Source: an uncultured Nitrososphaeraceae archaeon (GTDB taxonomy: Archaea; Thermoproteota; Nitrososphaeria; Nitrososphaerales; Nitrososphaeraceae). From it: DNA of 64,000 nucleotides. A program made the translations under genes and the position numbers. Under the pieces are notes generated by a model. It worked only from the letters and a program-made list of their open reading frames with translations. It did not search any database and was not told where the DNA came from. This document shows positions 33,535-45,213 of the stretch, piece by piece; the stretch's first letter is position 1, and every line of letters starts with the position of its first letter. The DNA lies in the NCBI GenBank assembly GCA_963729045.1, contig CAVSMN010000018.1, forward strand, positions 64,001 through 128,000, written 5' to 3'.

Positions 33535-34050
33535 ATGAATACTATTGATTGTATTGCCACAAAACTGGATATAAGAGAATTTAATAATGAGAATGTCTCG
33601 TCAAGCATAATATCTACAATTCTTGATTCTGCTAGGTATAGTGGCAGTGGTCTAAATACTCAACATTGGAGATTCATAGTAATAAAAGAAAAAAATAACT
33701 TAAAGAAATTGTCTGAAGATAGTACTAGTGGGCAGTGGATAATTGGAGCAAATTTTGCTATCATAATATTAACAGATCCAAAATACGGCTTTCATGTACT
33801 AGATGCAGGAAGAGTTATACAAAATATACAATTATCTGCATGGGATAATGGTGTTGGTTCAGGATTATATACGGGTATAAGAGAAGATGAAATGAGAAAC
33901 GATTTCAATATCCCATCTAATCTTAGCATCTCTGCTGTAGTGGGTTTTGGATATCCTAAAAAGTCTATTACAGGCAAGAGGAAAAATCGCAAACCATTAA
34001 ACGAATTGGCTTACAAAGAAGTTTTTGGAAATTCGGATAATTTAACGTAA
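33535..34050 (+). CDS. Nitroreductase family protein
   Basis: IREF..SGLNTQHWRFIVI..DAG..QNIQLSA..GVGS..GFGYP..RKPL. Confidence 0.9.
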   Translation: MNTIDCIATKLDIREFNNENVSSSIISTILDSARYSGSGLNTQHWRFIVIKEKNNLKKLSEDSTSGQWIIGANFAIIILTDPKYGFHVLDAGRVIQNIQLSAWDNGVGSGLYTGIREDEMRNDFNIPSNLSISAVVGFGYPKKSITGKRKNRKPLNELAYKEVFGNSDNLT

Positions 34051-34893
34051 AGGGTCACAGAGAAGATTTAAAGAGATTTATTCTGATACGTCATTCGGGG
34101 CGTATGGGAGCTAGTAACAAATTTTACTAATTTAACGGATTTATAGACAGAAATCTTGATGTGTAATTCAATATTATCAAGTTAATTTTCAATGTGATCC
34201 CTTCAATATTAATTGTCTTAAGAGCTTGCCTACCGATACCTACTCCATAGTCAAGTTTTGATTAGTAAATTTCATACTGATCTTTACTCATCAACTATAA
34301 ATCTACACAGATCAAGAATTATCAAACGATACTCGTAAAAATCAATATATATCCAGGAGAAGAACATACTCATCTCCATATGTACTAATTGTTCTCTTAT
34401 GCTTTTATTCCATAATACAATTCTGTGAATGGCTAACCCCAAATCTAATCTCCGATCTGCAATGGTAAAGTCGCATCCAATATTTTGATAGAACAATTCT
34501 GCTACTTTTTCTTGTGTATTATATTTTAGTAGAATCTAGATAAAAGCCCATATAGTAACTGGCCAGTGGATTTAGTAATGGATGTGTTATGAGTATAAAT
34601 TACTTATTTTTTTAATTCTAAGAAATAGGAAATGAATGAACAATTTCCTAATTTCTTCTATAGAAATTCGTTATTCTACTATCAAATTCCTGATTGCTCA
34701 TAATACTTAAGAATTAATTACAGTCTAATGATTAGTAAACAATAACGGGAATCAAAGATACTAAGGATCTTTTTGTTGAATACCAAACCAATCAGTTTTT
34801 CATTTTTTTCCAATTTAGTGGTGGTTATAATCATTGGATAAGGTATTCAAAACTAATAGCAAATGTTATAAAATAGGTTTGAATGAATAATGT

Positions 34894-35460
34894 GTGACAA
34901 ATACAAATCAACCCTCGAAGAAGAATGAGAAGGCGACAATTAACGGCAAATTTAAACGAGTTATCATATTACCGTTAGTAGCCATACTAATTACTTCCAC
35001 TTTCCTCGGTGTTTCATTAGGCCAAGATCGATATGCATACTCTCAATCTTCCAATACCAGCTCCACAGTGAATGCAACAAGTACCGGAGTAGACCTAGTA
35101 GATATTCGTCCTTCACCTTCAAATGTAAAGACGGGGAACACTTTTGAACTACTAGCAACAGTGGTTAATAAATCACCAGACACAATAATATTACCTGCTG
35201 GCCGTTGTGATTCACCTTTAACTGCGTTCTTCATGGCAAATGTAGTCATAAGACAGGATCAACTCCAAGGCTGCACCGCTAATTCATCCCCATTCGAATT
35301 AAACCAAGGAGAAGAGGTTACAGTTGCCGGTCCAGTTCCAGGTACATTATACCAAGCAATCAAGGCGGGAAAAACTCCAGCGACCGCCACTGTTTATTAC
35401 CTAACTGAGGATATGCAGCCTGGTAACGTTACAAAACCATTTGTATTTACTATTAGTTAG
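34894..35460 (+). CDS. Secreted or membrane-anchored hypothetical protein with a Cys pair
   Basis: N-terminal hydrophobic helix, Ser/Thr linker, beta-rich domain. Confidence 0.75.
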   Translation: MTNTNQPSKKNEKATINGKFKRVIILPLVAILITSTFLGVSLGQDRYAYSQSSNTSSTVNATSTGVDLVDIRPSPSNVKTGNTFELLATVVNKSPDTIILPAGRCDSPLTAFFMANVVIRQDQLQGCTANSSPFELNQGEEVTVAGPVPGTLYQAIKAGKTPATATVYYLTEDMQPGNVTKPFVFTIS

Positions 35461-36038
35461 TACTAAGATGGCATTGTAATGACAAAAGATAACGAAAGAC
35501 AGTTTCTTTCTAAAGTATGCAGACGGTGGTATTACATAGAATAATCAAATTGAAGTTTAGGATGTCCCAATTTTCGGCTCTGTTAACTTTAAGAAAATTT
35601 TTAAACGCCTCAAATAAGTATCTCTTGTTAGAGGCGATCTCATTTCTTATAGATATAAGGAATATGCGTTACAGTACTCCTCATTTTCTATTTCTTCTTG
35701 TGATTTTCTAAATACTATTTTCTCTCACTTTTTTTAGCGAGTCTTAATAATGTTAAAATTACAACTGGCCGGGTGGTTTCCGTTGCATATTTTGTCACTA
35801 AAAAAGGTCCAAATACGATATTTCAAGAATTATTCATACTTTTCAAATACTGAATATTCAAAATGATTTATATGAATACCATTTTTGTAAACCCTTTTTG
35901 TAAGCACCTAGATTATATGATTAATTTAGACATATCCACCATTTTTGATGTTTAGGACAAGGATGTTTAACAAATCCTTTTAGGACTAGATTCTATTTAC
36001 AAACTTAAATGGTATCAGTACTGCATTCCTTAATCAAA

Positions 36039-36515
36039 TTAGACTGACATTTTTGAAAATGCTTCTTCAGCTGCCTTTTTCATTTCTTCTTTTGTTAGAT
36101 CCTTGATGTGTGTAGCGATTGCCCAGATATGTCCAAACGGATCTTGGATGCTTCCATGTCTATCACCATAGAACTGATCTTGAACTGGGAATAACGATTT
36201 TCCTCCTTCAGCTACTGCAAGATTAAATGTTTTGTCCACATCTTCGACATATAGATACAACGATACTGGACTTCCACCTATACTAGTAGGCGATAAACTT
36301 TTCATTTTTGGAAATTCATCTGATAACATAATTTTTGAATCGCCTATCATTAATTCTGCATGAGCTACGGATTTATTATCCGGCATCATCATGGTTCCCT
36401 TGTCAATTGCTCCAAACACTTTTTTATAATATTCAATTGCCTTTAGTCCATCTTTTACTATTAACATAGGTGTGATTGAATGATACCCATCTGGAATTTT
36501 TTTTACATCGTTCAT
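36039..36515 (-). CDS. VOC/glyoxalase family protein (PhnB-like)
   Basis: YHSITPML, HAELMIGDS, DQFYGDRHG.IQDPFGHIW. Confidence 0.92.
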   Translation of the reverse strand: MNDVKKIPDGYHSITPMLIVKDGLKAIEYYKKVFGAIDKGTMMMPDNKSVAHAELMIGDSKIMLSDEFPKMKSLSPTSIGGSPVSLYLYVEDVDKTFNLAVAEGGKSLFPVQDQFYGDRHGSIQDPFGHIWAIATHIKDLTKEEMKKAAEEAFSKMSV

Positions 36516-36780
36516 TAATAATTCTATAAATTGGTTAAATTTATAATAGCTTGTTTAAGTTTGTTGACTGTTTGTTAATTATAAATATTGTAATTAAATG
36601 TGTATAATAGTACTACTCAGCGTAAGTTTTCATGTGTCTTTTGACATAGTATTAAAATATTTCAACATACATTGGATTGAAAGATCTGAAATTTTCAAAT
36701 ATAAATAGAGAGGATAATCAAGATATTAAATACGCGAACAACAACTAATTATTCCAGTTATTTTCTCACTCCTTTTGGTT

Positions 36781-37392
36781 TTAATTTTTCTTTACCTCAT
36801 AGTGGAGCAAAACTAAACCACAGTCAAATCCTCTTGATTCGATCAAGGTAAATCTTTGAATCTCCTCTAGGTTTTTAAAGATAGTTTTTCCGTTTCCAAT
36901 TACAACAGGATTAACAAATAAATAAAATTCGTCAATTAGTTTTTCTTTAATCAAAGAGGAATCGAAAGAAACACCACCGTAAACTATGATATCCCCGCCA
37001 TTTTGGTTCTTTAATTTGGTTATTTCGTCTTTGAGGTCACCTGTTGCAATGTCTGTATTTATCCACCTAGATTTGTTTAGTGTTTTAGTGAATACAACTT
37101 TAGGAATTTCAATCATTTTTTTAGCTAGTGCATTCATCGGGTCATCGGGTTTGTTCATAACGTCTGTCCAATATGGAATAAAGCCATCGACCATTTTTCG
37201 TCCCATAATAATGGTATCAACAGATTCAGTTATATCATTTACATATTTTATGTATTTATCATCCCAGACTAGCCAGTCCATTTCATTGTTTGGTCCTGCG
37301 ATACAACCATCAACTGAAATTTGCACCTGTAGTCTTAATTTTCTCATTACCTTTTTGTTATTGTTCATCTGTACTTCCCTCACAATTCTCAT
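36781..37392 (-). CDS. Dihydrofolate reductase / RibD C-terminal family protein
   Basis: ISVDGCIAGP, IIMGRK, YGG, LIDE, PVVIGNG. Confidence 0.9.
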   Translation of the reverse strand: MRIVREVQMNNNKKVMRKLRLQVQISVDGCIAGPNNEMDWLVWDDKYIKYVNDITESVDTIIMGRKMVDGFIPYWTDVMNKPDDPMNALAKKMIEIPKVVFTKTLNKSRWINTDIATGDLKDEITKLKNQNGGDIIVYGGVSFDSSLIKEKLIDEFYLFVNPVVIGNGKTIFKNLEEIQRFTLIESRGFDCGLVLLHYEVKKN

Positions 37393-37937
37393 TTAGAAGA
37401 TCCTGTGTTCCCTTTGCCGAATTTCATTGACAAACTCAAAACATTCTTGCAAATTAGGATTAGTCATGAGTAATAAGACATCAAGGGCGCCTAATAAGTA
37501 TACACGGGATCAAATGTATAGTTGAAATTCATATTGCTTTGTAAGAAAAGAACGATAATAGGCAGAAAGTTGTTCCAGTTGGAGATAAATTGATAGATAT
37601 TGGAATTTTCTTCTTAACCAACATCACAATTAAATCATGTGGATATGATTCAAGATTAAACTCATTCTCTATATATAGTAACATGTGACTTTATAGAATT
37701 AAGATATATACAATACGATAAGACAATGACTGATTCAAAAAAAGAGGTCGAGTTGAATTAAGGTAATATACACACATTTTATCTCTGAAGAGAGACCAAA
37801 CTTTCTTATAAATCAAATACTTGAATTTTTCAAGTAATTATTGTTTGTTAATCCCGAAGTAGAATCTATAGCATATGGAACTAGTCTAGTTATGTTTTAT
37901 ATATTGATTAAAATATATCGTTTTACCTATTAGTAAC

Positions 37938-37983
37938 AGATCTTATCCTTAGAGATAGAGTTCCTAGTGGTAATTTGGCTCAT
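37938..37983 (+). repeat. Dispersed repeat, copy 5 (degenerate)
   Basis: AGATCTTATCCTTAGAGATAGAGTTCCTAGTGGTAATTTGGCTCAT. Confidence 0.55.
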
Positions 37984-38065
37984 GGTTATAGTAGTTCTTA
38001 TTATTAAGGTGTATTATTAAGTAGAACTTTTTCTTCACGCCCATCCCCACGCACATGTTTATGTG

Positions 38066-38446
38066 TTATCGTTCATTGACAATACTTAGGATATTACCAT
38101 CAGGATCTTTAAACCATGCAAGTTTCATCTTACCATCAATATGAATATCCCCTTCTATTGTTACGTTCTGACGATCATAGTGCTCGAAGGTTACACTCTT
38201 AGCTTTAAGTGTTTGTACAATATCTCCTATGTTTTCACCTACATACCAAGTTACTGTCGTGGCCTGATTGGTTCCAGCATATTGAGATTGATAAATGAGA
38301 AGGTCAGTGGTACCGCTCCTGAACATTATCGAGCTCAATCCTTCAGATCCAACCTGTTTTAGACCTAGTACTTCTTCGTAAAACTTTTTGGCTATACTCA
38401 GATCCTTAACAGCAATATTTACCGTAAGGTTTTTGTCTCCCAACAT
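38066..38446 (-). CDS. VOC/glyoxalase family protein
   Basis: AVKDL..AKKFYEEVLGL..AWFKDPDGNIL. Confidence 0.92.
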   Translation of the reverse strand: MLGDKNLTVNIAVKDLSIAKKFYEEVLGLKQVGSEGLSSIMFRSGTTDLLIYQSQYAGTNQATTVTWYVGENIGDIVQTLKAKSVTFEHYDRQNVTIEGDIHIDGKMKLAWFKDPDGNILSIVNER

Positions 38447-38868
38447 TTTGATGTATTTAATGAAATGATATGTTAAATAATCATTGCGGGCACTAAACTC
38501 TATAATTTATAATAATGAACAAATTTTGATAACCGGAGAAACAATAATTATATATCAATATCAATGACAATTGGGAATCATATTTCTATCATAATTGAAA
38601 TAATGATATGTTAGATAATTTTTAATATAGTCATTTTTATCACCTAAAAACTAGGTAGTTTTTTGACTTTTTGTTCAAAATCGGTGATAAAGTAAAGAAT
38701 AATTCTATATTTTTACACAAGCATAAGTCAAACGATAGTTTATACACTAAACTAGTAATCCCAATTTATCGCTTTTATATATATCTTCGATCTATGTATT
38801 CAATAAAGTAGACCAGTAAGTTAAACATGTACTTTTTAAATATGATAATTGACATATAAGACATCTAT

Positions 38869-40722
38869 ATGCTATTAGATAAATTAACGAATGATAAGAG
38901 AAAATTTCTATTTTTTTCTACCATAATTGTAGCATTATCTTTAGGCTTCTATTTAATACCAAATACAATTAATACGATGGTTACAAGCAGTCAGATCTTT
39001 GTTAGTGCTTTTGCTCAACAAGCATCGCCATCTATGCCTAATACTGATGACAATTTTACAAATGCAAATATAAATAATGATACCCTATCGTCAAGTAATA
39101 GTTCTGGTAAACCTACAGGAGACGATTTAATCAAACTGTATGATAAAGTGGACCAGTCTGTAGTCCAAGTAACGCAAAAATCAGATATACCGGGAAAGTC
39201 TAGGCTTGGTTCGGGTTTCGTATATGATAAGGAAGGACACATAGTTACCAATTACCACGTCGTGGCTGGAGACAATATCAGTAAAGAGTTTGACGTAACG
39301 TTGACTGATGGATCCACATATAAAGCTAAAGTTGTAGGTGTGGACCCTTATGCTGAGATAGCCGTTTTAAAGATCCCATTAGAAAATAATACCCAAGTGA
39401 GTGAGAAGCTAATACCTTTACAGGTAGGCAACTTTTCTGAAGTGAGTGTAGGAGAAAGGGTTGCTGCTGTTGGTAATCCATTTGGATTGTCGGCTTCTAT
39501 TACTGAAGGAATAGTAAGTGGCTTGGGAAGATTACTTCCAGCTTTACCTCCTGAAATTGATCAAATACCTCTTATTGAAGACTCTCCTGCTTTTTCAATT
39601 CCAAACATTATACAAACAGATGCTGCAATAAATCCTGGAAATTCCGGTGGACCGCTACTAAATATGGATGGTGAAGTAATAGGAATCAATACTGCTATTT
39701 TCTCTAATACTGGCGTGTACTCAGGAGTAGGTTTTGCAATTCCTTCTTATTTAATACAAAAGGTAGTGCCTTCCCTTATTACTACAGGGGAATATCAACA
39801 CCCCTATTTGGGAATATCTGGAACAGACATAGATGCAGATATTGCAGATATAATGAACCTTCAGAATACTACGGGATTTCTTGTTATTCAGGTTACTGCT
39901 GATAGTCCTGCGGATAAGGCTGGTATACATGGAGGATCAATATTAACGAAAATAGACGGAAGAGATGTAGAACTTGGAGGGGATGTAATAGTTGGAATTG
40001 ATGATAAACCCATTAGAAAAATAGATGATTTACTATCTTATCTAGATAAAGAAAAGAAGGTCGGAGAAAATGTCACTCTTTCAATTGTAAGAAATGGACA
40101 GATAGAAAAAACAGATTTAACCTTGGCAGACAGACCTACATCTACGGTTTTAGGCAGCGAAATTATACAAGACACACAAGAAGACAGGCCCGCCCTTGGT
40201 ATTAATGGTATTAATGTTACACCTGAAATAGCCTCACAAATGAACGTACCTTCTAATATTACTAATGGAGGGAAAGGATTCTTAGTAATTGATGTTCTTA
40301 GGAATGGTTCAGCAGAAAGCGCCGGGGTTAAGGGTGGATATATTGCCTCAAATATTGATGGAAACCAAGTAGAGCTTGGAGGAGACATAATAATTGGAAT
40401 CGATAATACCACTATAGGATCGGTAGAAGACATAAAGAATGCACTTTCTACAAAACAGATAGGAGATAGTGTGCAACTCACTATTTATCGAGATAACAGC
40501 ACACTGAATATCCCGGTTGTATTAAAGAAGGAATCACAACAAGATTGGATAAAAAATACCATACCTCTACCTCCTTCTTCTCCTTCACCACAAATCCCTG
40601 GAAATCCCTCTCCATTCCAACCTTTCAATCCGTTCAACGATTTTGGTGATGATGGGGGCATCTATGATCAATGTGTAGAGATGATGGGTAAGGATACTTG
40701 TGACAGATTATTCGGAAGATAA
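38869..40722 (+). CDS. HtrA/DegP-like serine protease with two PDZ domains
   Basis: GSGF, TNYHVV, QTDAAINPGNSGG; two similar PDZ repeats (LGI.G..GGD.I.GID). Confidence 0.95.
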   Translation: MLLDKLTNDKRKFLFFSTIIVALSLGFYLIPNTINTMVTSSQIFVSAFAQQASPSMPNTDDNFTNANINNDTLSSSNSSGKPTGDDLIKLYDKVDQSVVQVTQKSDIPGKSRLGSGFVYDKEGHIVTNYHVVAGDNISKEFDVTLTDGSTYKAKVVGVDPYAEIAVLKIPLENNTQVSEKLIPLQVGNFSEVSVGERVAAVGNPFGLSASITEGIVSGLGRLLPALPPEIDQIPLIEDSPAFSIPNIIQTDAAINPGNSGGPLLNMDGEVIGINTAIFSNTGVYSGVGFAIPSYLIQKVVPSLITTGEYQHPYLGISGTDIDADIADIMNLQNTTGFLVIQVTADSPADKAGIHGGSILTKIDGRDVELGGDVIVGIDDKPIRKIDDLLSYLDKEKKVGENVTLSIVRNGQIEKTDLTLADRPTSTVLGSEIIQDTQEDRPALGINGINVTPEIASQMNVPSNITNGGKGFLVIDVLRNGSAESAGVKGGYIASNIDGNQVELGGDIIIGIDNTTIGSVEDIKNALSTKQIGDSVQLTIYRDNSTLNIPVVLKKESQQDWIKNTIPLPPSSPSPQIPGNPSPFQPFNPFNDFGDDGGIYDQCVEMMGKDTCDRLFGR

Positions 40723-40884
40723 AAAATAAACATTATTTTTTTGTTCAAGTATTTTTCTTTTGCAATTTATTCCTTATATCATAGTTGACTGGCGTTACCT
40801 TTACTATTTTTTATTTTCTTTAACACCTTCCTTGACAATATCATAAAAGGAAGTATCTCTCCAGATTATTAGAGGAAGAAAGGT

Positions 40885-40939
40885 AACAACACATAACATA
40901 ACACATAACACACATACACACATACACACATACATATAC
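40885..40939 (+). repeat. Imperfect (CA/CATA)n microsatellite
   Basis: aacaacacataacataacacataacacacatacacacatacacacatacatatac. Confidence 0.8.
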
Positions 40940-41006
40940 CAACCATTGTCGTTCCATACTTTTCGCATTTACCTTTACTATTTTTATTTGCCTTAGCTTA
41001 ATACGA

Positions 41007-41414
41007 ATGTTGAAATTAAATGAAAGGGTTTCATATTTTTGGGCTATAAGTCGATGCATGATTAAGTTCTACAAGATAAATTCAAAAATTTTCATGAACA
41101 GCTGGTATAACAGTTTTTTAGTCATAATCATGTCTAATGCTTCAGTTCAAAGTGAGGTATACGCAGCAAACCCCGGCGGAAAACCCCTTTTCAATTGCGT
41201 ATATGACAGTGATAAAAATAAAGAGATATGCTGTGACGGTACAGATAACAATCCAAAATGCCTTGAATGTGATGCAGACCTTCAAACAGGGCAGAAATAC
41301 AATTGCAAACAAGTACCTGCAAAATCTGAAGATGTTCAACCCGCAGATCTGGTAAAGAAACCGGATCAAGGAATAGCTAAACTTCCTCAAAATCTATCAG
41401 AATCTGAACAATAA
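41007..41414 (+). CDS. Small Cys-rich, probably secreted protein (start uncertain)
   Basis: Six Cys in NCVY..ICC..KCLEC..YNC after a VYA|A signal-like site. Confidence 0.6.
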   Translation: MLKLNERVSYFWAISRCMIKFYKINSKIFMNSWYNSFLVIIMSNASVQSEVYAANPGGKPLFNCVYDSDKNKEICCDGTDNNPKCLECDADLQTGQKYNCKQVPAKSEDVQPADLVKKPDQGIAKLPQNLSESEQ

Positions 41415-41592
41415 AGGATCATCGTTTTAGACTATGAAACATATAATTAGGTAACAAAAAAGGATGATTTGGTTTTAGTCTAGAACCTAAACCTAGAATA
41501 GATAGCGGAAATATGAATAATAAAAGTGAAGCAGTAAAGAAGCAAATATTTTCTTTTTTTATAAAGTCAGTATGAAATAACTCTTTTCTAGC

Positions 41593-41617
41593 TGAGCCTT
41601 AAATATTTTAAGGCTCA
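41593..41617. other. Perfect 11-bp inverted repeat
   Basis: TGAGCCTTAAA-TAT-TTTAAGGCTCA. Confidence 0.6.
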
Positions 41618-41901
41618 ATTAATTCAAATTAATTGGTTAAGATAAGTAATCTAAATGATAATGAATTATTGTTTAAGACTATAATAATAGTTAAGAAATG
41701 TATTTGATTAATTTATCTCAGATGAATTTTCTAAAAGAACTTTATCCTCATAGATTAAAGGATTACGTTTTCTATTTTGTTATCTAAAGTTTTAACCTAA
41801 ATCAACGATATCATATTTAAAAACTTTTGCTACCAATCATTGAATATAGTTTGTATTCAATTCATAATATTTGTTAAATATCTTTACCATAAAACATAAT
41901 T

Positions 41902-43719
41902 ATGACTGAAAATAATAGCAGTCAGACTAATTATTCTTATGATGTCATAGTTATTGGTGGTGGTTCTGCCGGTCTAAGAGCTGCAATTGAGGCTCACGAC
42001 AATGGATCAGTTGTTCTTCTAATTAGCAAGAGTAAACAAGGTGATCCTCATACGGTGCTTGCAAGAGGAGGAATTAATGCTGCACTTGGAATCATGGACC
42101 CCAAAGATAACTGGATGATACATGCTTCTGATACCTTAATAGAAGGCGAACATATTGCTGATTATGAGAGAGTTGAAGTTCTTTGCAAGAGTGCTCCTGA
42201 TGCTATCCGTGAATTAGTCAACTGGGGCGCTAGATTTCATAGGGAGCAAGATGGGAGACTAACACAACGTTTCTTTGGAGCTCATACTTACAGAAGAACT
42301 GTTTTTTATGAAGATTGGACTGGTAATGAGATAGTCCGTGTCCTGATGAAACAGGTTAATGAGAGAAAGATCGATATCATAGATAATATCTATATTACAA
42401 AGTTGCTACTAAAAGATAACATAGAAAACGTAGATGGATACTCAAATTCTTCACCATCCAAAATAATAGGAGCAATTGGCATTGACATCAAGGAAAAACA
42501 ACTTGTGAAATTTAATTGTAAATCTTTAATACTTGCTTCAGGAGGATATACAAGAGTATATTCGATAAGCAGTTCGAGAAATTATGAACACTATGGTGAA
42601 GGAATTGAGCTGGCATATGAAGCAGGAGTAGATTTAGTAGATATGGAAATGGTTCAATTTCACCCTACTGGTATGGTATGGCCTGAAAATGCATTAGGTA
42701 CGCTTGCTACTGAAGCTATCCGAGGAGAAGGAGGCATTTTACTGAATTCAAATAATGAACGATTTATGAAAAAATATTATCCCGAAAGGATGGAACTAGG
42801 TCCTCGAGATAAAGTTGCACGAGCCATTTATAACGAGATCGCAGAAGGTAGAGGTACTGTCCATAAAGGAGTTTGGTTAGACGTCACTCATCTTCCCTTG
42901 AAAAAAATATTAGATAGATTGCCCACCATGTATAAACAATTTAAGGATATAGCCGGAGTCGATATTTCTAAGGAGAAAATGGAAGTTGGTCCTACTGCAC
43001 ATTATTCTATGGGCGGATTATTAGTAGATATAAATTGCAAAACAAAAGTTGAGGGTTTATTCGCAGCTGGCGAAGTAATAAGTCAGATTCATGGTGCCAA
43101 TAGGCTAGGTGGTAACAGTCTACTTGATACATTGGTTTTTGGAAAAATAGCGGGGAGGGAAGCCTCGATTTTTGCAAAGCAGTTACAAACCCCACTTGAA
43201 GACACTTCACTAGAGTCGGAAGTAGATATGGATATACAAAAGTTTGAAAAAGATCTTTTTGTGGTATTGGATGAGCCATTAAGTTTTCGCAAAGAAATAC
43301 AAGATCTAATGAATCAAGTTGCAGGAATAGTAAGAAGTGCAACAAATCTTCAAAAAGGGTTAGATAAAATTCTAACTTTAAAGGATAGGTTTTATTCTCA
43401 GATTCGAATACTACCGAAAAATGAATTAAATAATGATAACCACATCAAGAATCTCATTATAACTTTGGAAGTCAGGTCATCTTTGGTTGTATGTGAGGCG
43501 ATAATAAAGAGTGCCTTTATGCGAAAAGAAAGCAGAGGTGCGCACTTTCGTTCTGATTTTCCAACTATCAATAACGATGTGTGGCATGTTAATATCTATT
43601 GTACCAAGGAAGATGGAAAAATGACACTATATAAACAAAATGTTAAAGAAGTAAAAGGAACTCTGAAGGAAGTGATAAGAGACCATTTAAAACCCATTCA
43701 TAATAACGAGTCTGAATGA
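41902..43719 (+). CDS. SdhA/FrdA/NadB-family flavoprotein, with no Fe-S or anchor subunit nearby
   Basis: GGGSAG, HTVLARGGINA, QFHPTG, TEAIRGEGG, HYSMGG, HGANRLGGNSL, ESRGAH. Confidence 0.9.
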   Translation: MTENNSSQTNYSYDVIVIGGGSAGLRAAIEAHDNGSVVLLISKSKQGDPHTVLARGGINAALGIMDPKDNWMIHASDTLIEGEHIADYERVEVLCKSAPDAIRELVNWGARFHREQDGRLTQRFFGAHTYRRTVFYEDWTGNEIVRVLMKQVNERKIDIIDNIYITKLLLKDNIENVDGYSNSSPSKIIGAIGIDIKEKQLVKFNCKSLILASGGYTRVYSISSSRNYEHYGEGIELAYEAGVDLVDMEMVQFHPTGMVWPENALGTLATEAIRGEGGILLNSNNERFMKKYYPERMELGPRDKVARAIYNEIAEGRGTVHKGVWLDVTHLPLKKILDRLPTMYKQFKDIAGVDISKEKMEVGPTAHYSMGGLLVDINCKTKVEGLFAAGEVISQIHGANRLGGNSLLDTLVFGKIAGREASIFAKQLQTPLEDTSLESEVDMDIQKFEKDLFVVLDEPLSFRKEIQDLMNQVAGIVRSATNLQKGLDKILTLKDRFYSQIRILPKNELNNDNHIKNLIITLEVRSSLVVCEAIIKSAFMRKESRGAHFRSDFPTINNDVWHVNIYCTKEDGKMTLYKQNVKEVKGTLKEVIRDHLKPIHNNESE

Positions 43720-43921
43720 GGAGTAACAAACATCATTACAAGTATTATGACATATCAACATATCAACATATCAATCTTGTTACTGCTGCAGTCTATCTCC
43801 TAATAATGATTGGATGAATTACAATTAGTATTTCTATTGTGGACATTATGCTAAAAAAACCCTCCTCCCTTGACCATAAAATAGATAATTACAGTGTTAC
43901 AATTACATGACCCGGCTTGAT

Positions 43922-44507
43922 TCAATTGGTAACATTGAATGAGTTATCAGATGTACTTTCGGGAAATTTTTCTAAAGTCCACTGTTGACCCAAACCATTA
44001 TTTTGTGTCCAAGTTTGTATAAAAGCACCGGGAAGAGGGTTTGATGCTCGAATTTCAAGAACCATGCCATTAAGTTTACTCTTTATAAATCCATCACCAG
44101 TAATTGTCCACTGTTGACCCAAACCATTATTTTGTGTCCAAGTTTGTATATAAGCACCGGGACGTGGATCTGATCCTCGAATTTCAAGAACCATGCCATT
44201 AAGTTTACTCTTTATAAATCCATCACCAGTAATTGTCCACTGTTGACCCAAACCATTATTTTGTGTCCAAGTTTGTATAAAGGCACCGGGACGTGGATTC
44301 TGATCCTGGAATATCAAGAACCAAGCCATTAAGTTTACTCTTTATGAAATAAGATGATTCACTGTATGCATAGTCTAAATGATTTGAAGATAACAAGAGT
44401 ATACTGACTATTCCTAAACCTAAAGATACTGCGGCAATTAAATGATAATTGTATGTATTTCCATTATTTTTTGTCATAATGATTAATACATTATGATATC
44501 GGAACAT
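43922..44507 (-). pseudogene. Secreted ricin-B (QxW) lectin with three 129-bp repeats, +1 frameshift near 44298
   Basis: Signal peptide in ORF 44256..44507 joins repeats FIKSKLNGMVLEI..QTWTQNNGLGQQW; GTGGATTCTG vs GTGGATCTG in the next repeat unit. Confidence 0.85.
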
Positions 44508-44898
44508 ATAAACAAATTATTCATAGGAACCAAGTTAACTATGTTTAACCAATATGGTATTTCTAACGAAATCCTTTGATTCAATTATGAAGTTTGATTT
44601 GATTTGTATTGAAAAGACATATCTTTATCTAAATTATGCTTTGTATTTACCATATCACACCAGGTCATCAGTATTTAAAAACTTGTTAAATAATCTCTAT
44701 TTTACAATAATGCAAATCAATCCTAGTAGTACAAGTATCAATTCTAGAGAATATAGACTGGAGGTAGAGGTTATAAAGTATAAATGAATCGAAAGTACAC
44801 TTTATCATATAACAATTTTCATGTAAATCTTATTCTAAGGTATTGATCGCATTTTATTATACTTATATTATGTCCTTCACATTGGACCTAAAAAAATT

Positions 44899-44952
44899 CA
44901 GTCATGAAGTAAACCCATGGGATCAAAGTTCCTAGTGGCACCAAGGTTCTAT
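44899..44952 (+). repeat. Dispersed double-hairpin repeat, copy 6
   Basis: CAGTCATGAAGTAAACCCATGGGATCAAAGTTCCTAGTGGCACCAAGGTTCTAT. Confidence 0.75.
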
Positions 44953-45213
44953 CATACACTAGGCCGATATTTTCCAAATATCATAATTAAAATATTGTCG
45001 ATAAAACATTAGACAATTCAAGATGGTATCAAACTGTGTCTTACCTTTTCAACTTTTGATTATTGTCAATACTTTCTTTTCTTTTTGAGCATAGTATTTG
45101 ACACTAAATCTATATCATGTTCAAAAGACTAAACCTTAAATACTTTTTTCACATTGATTCTAACATGAGGAAACAAAATTTAGGATATTGTTTTACTAAG
45201 AGGGACAAATACC

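Noticed and set aside
34230..34496. HATPase-like words LGLAI and DYGVGI on the minus strand
   Set aside because: They occur in the wrong order and in different frames; cannot support a kinase remnant
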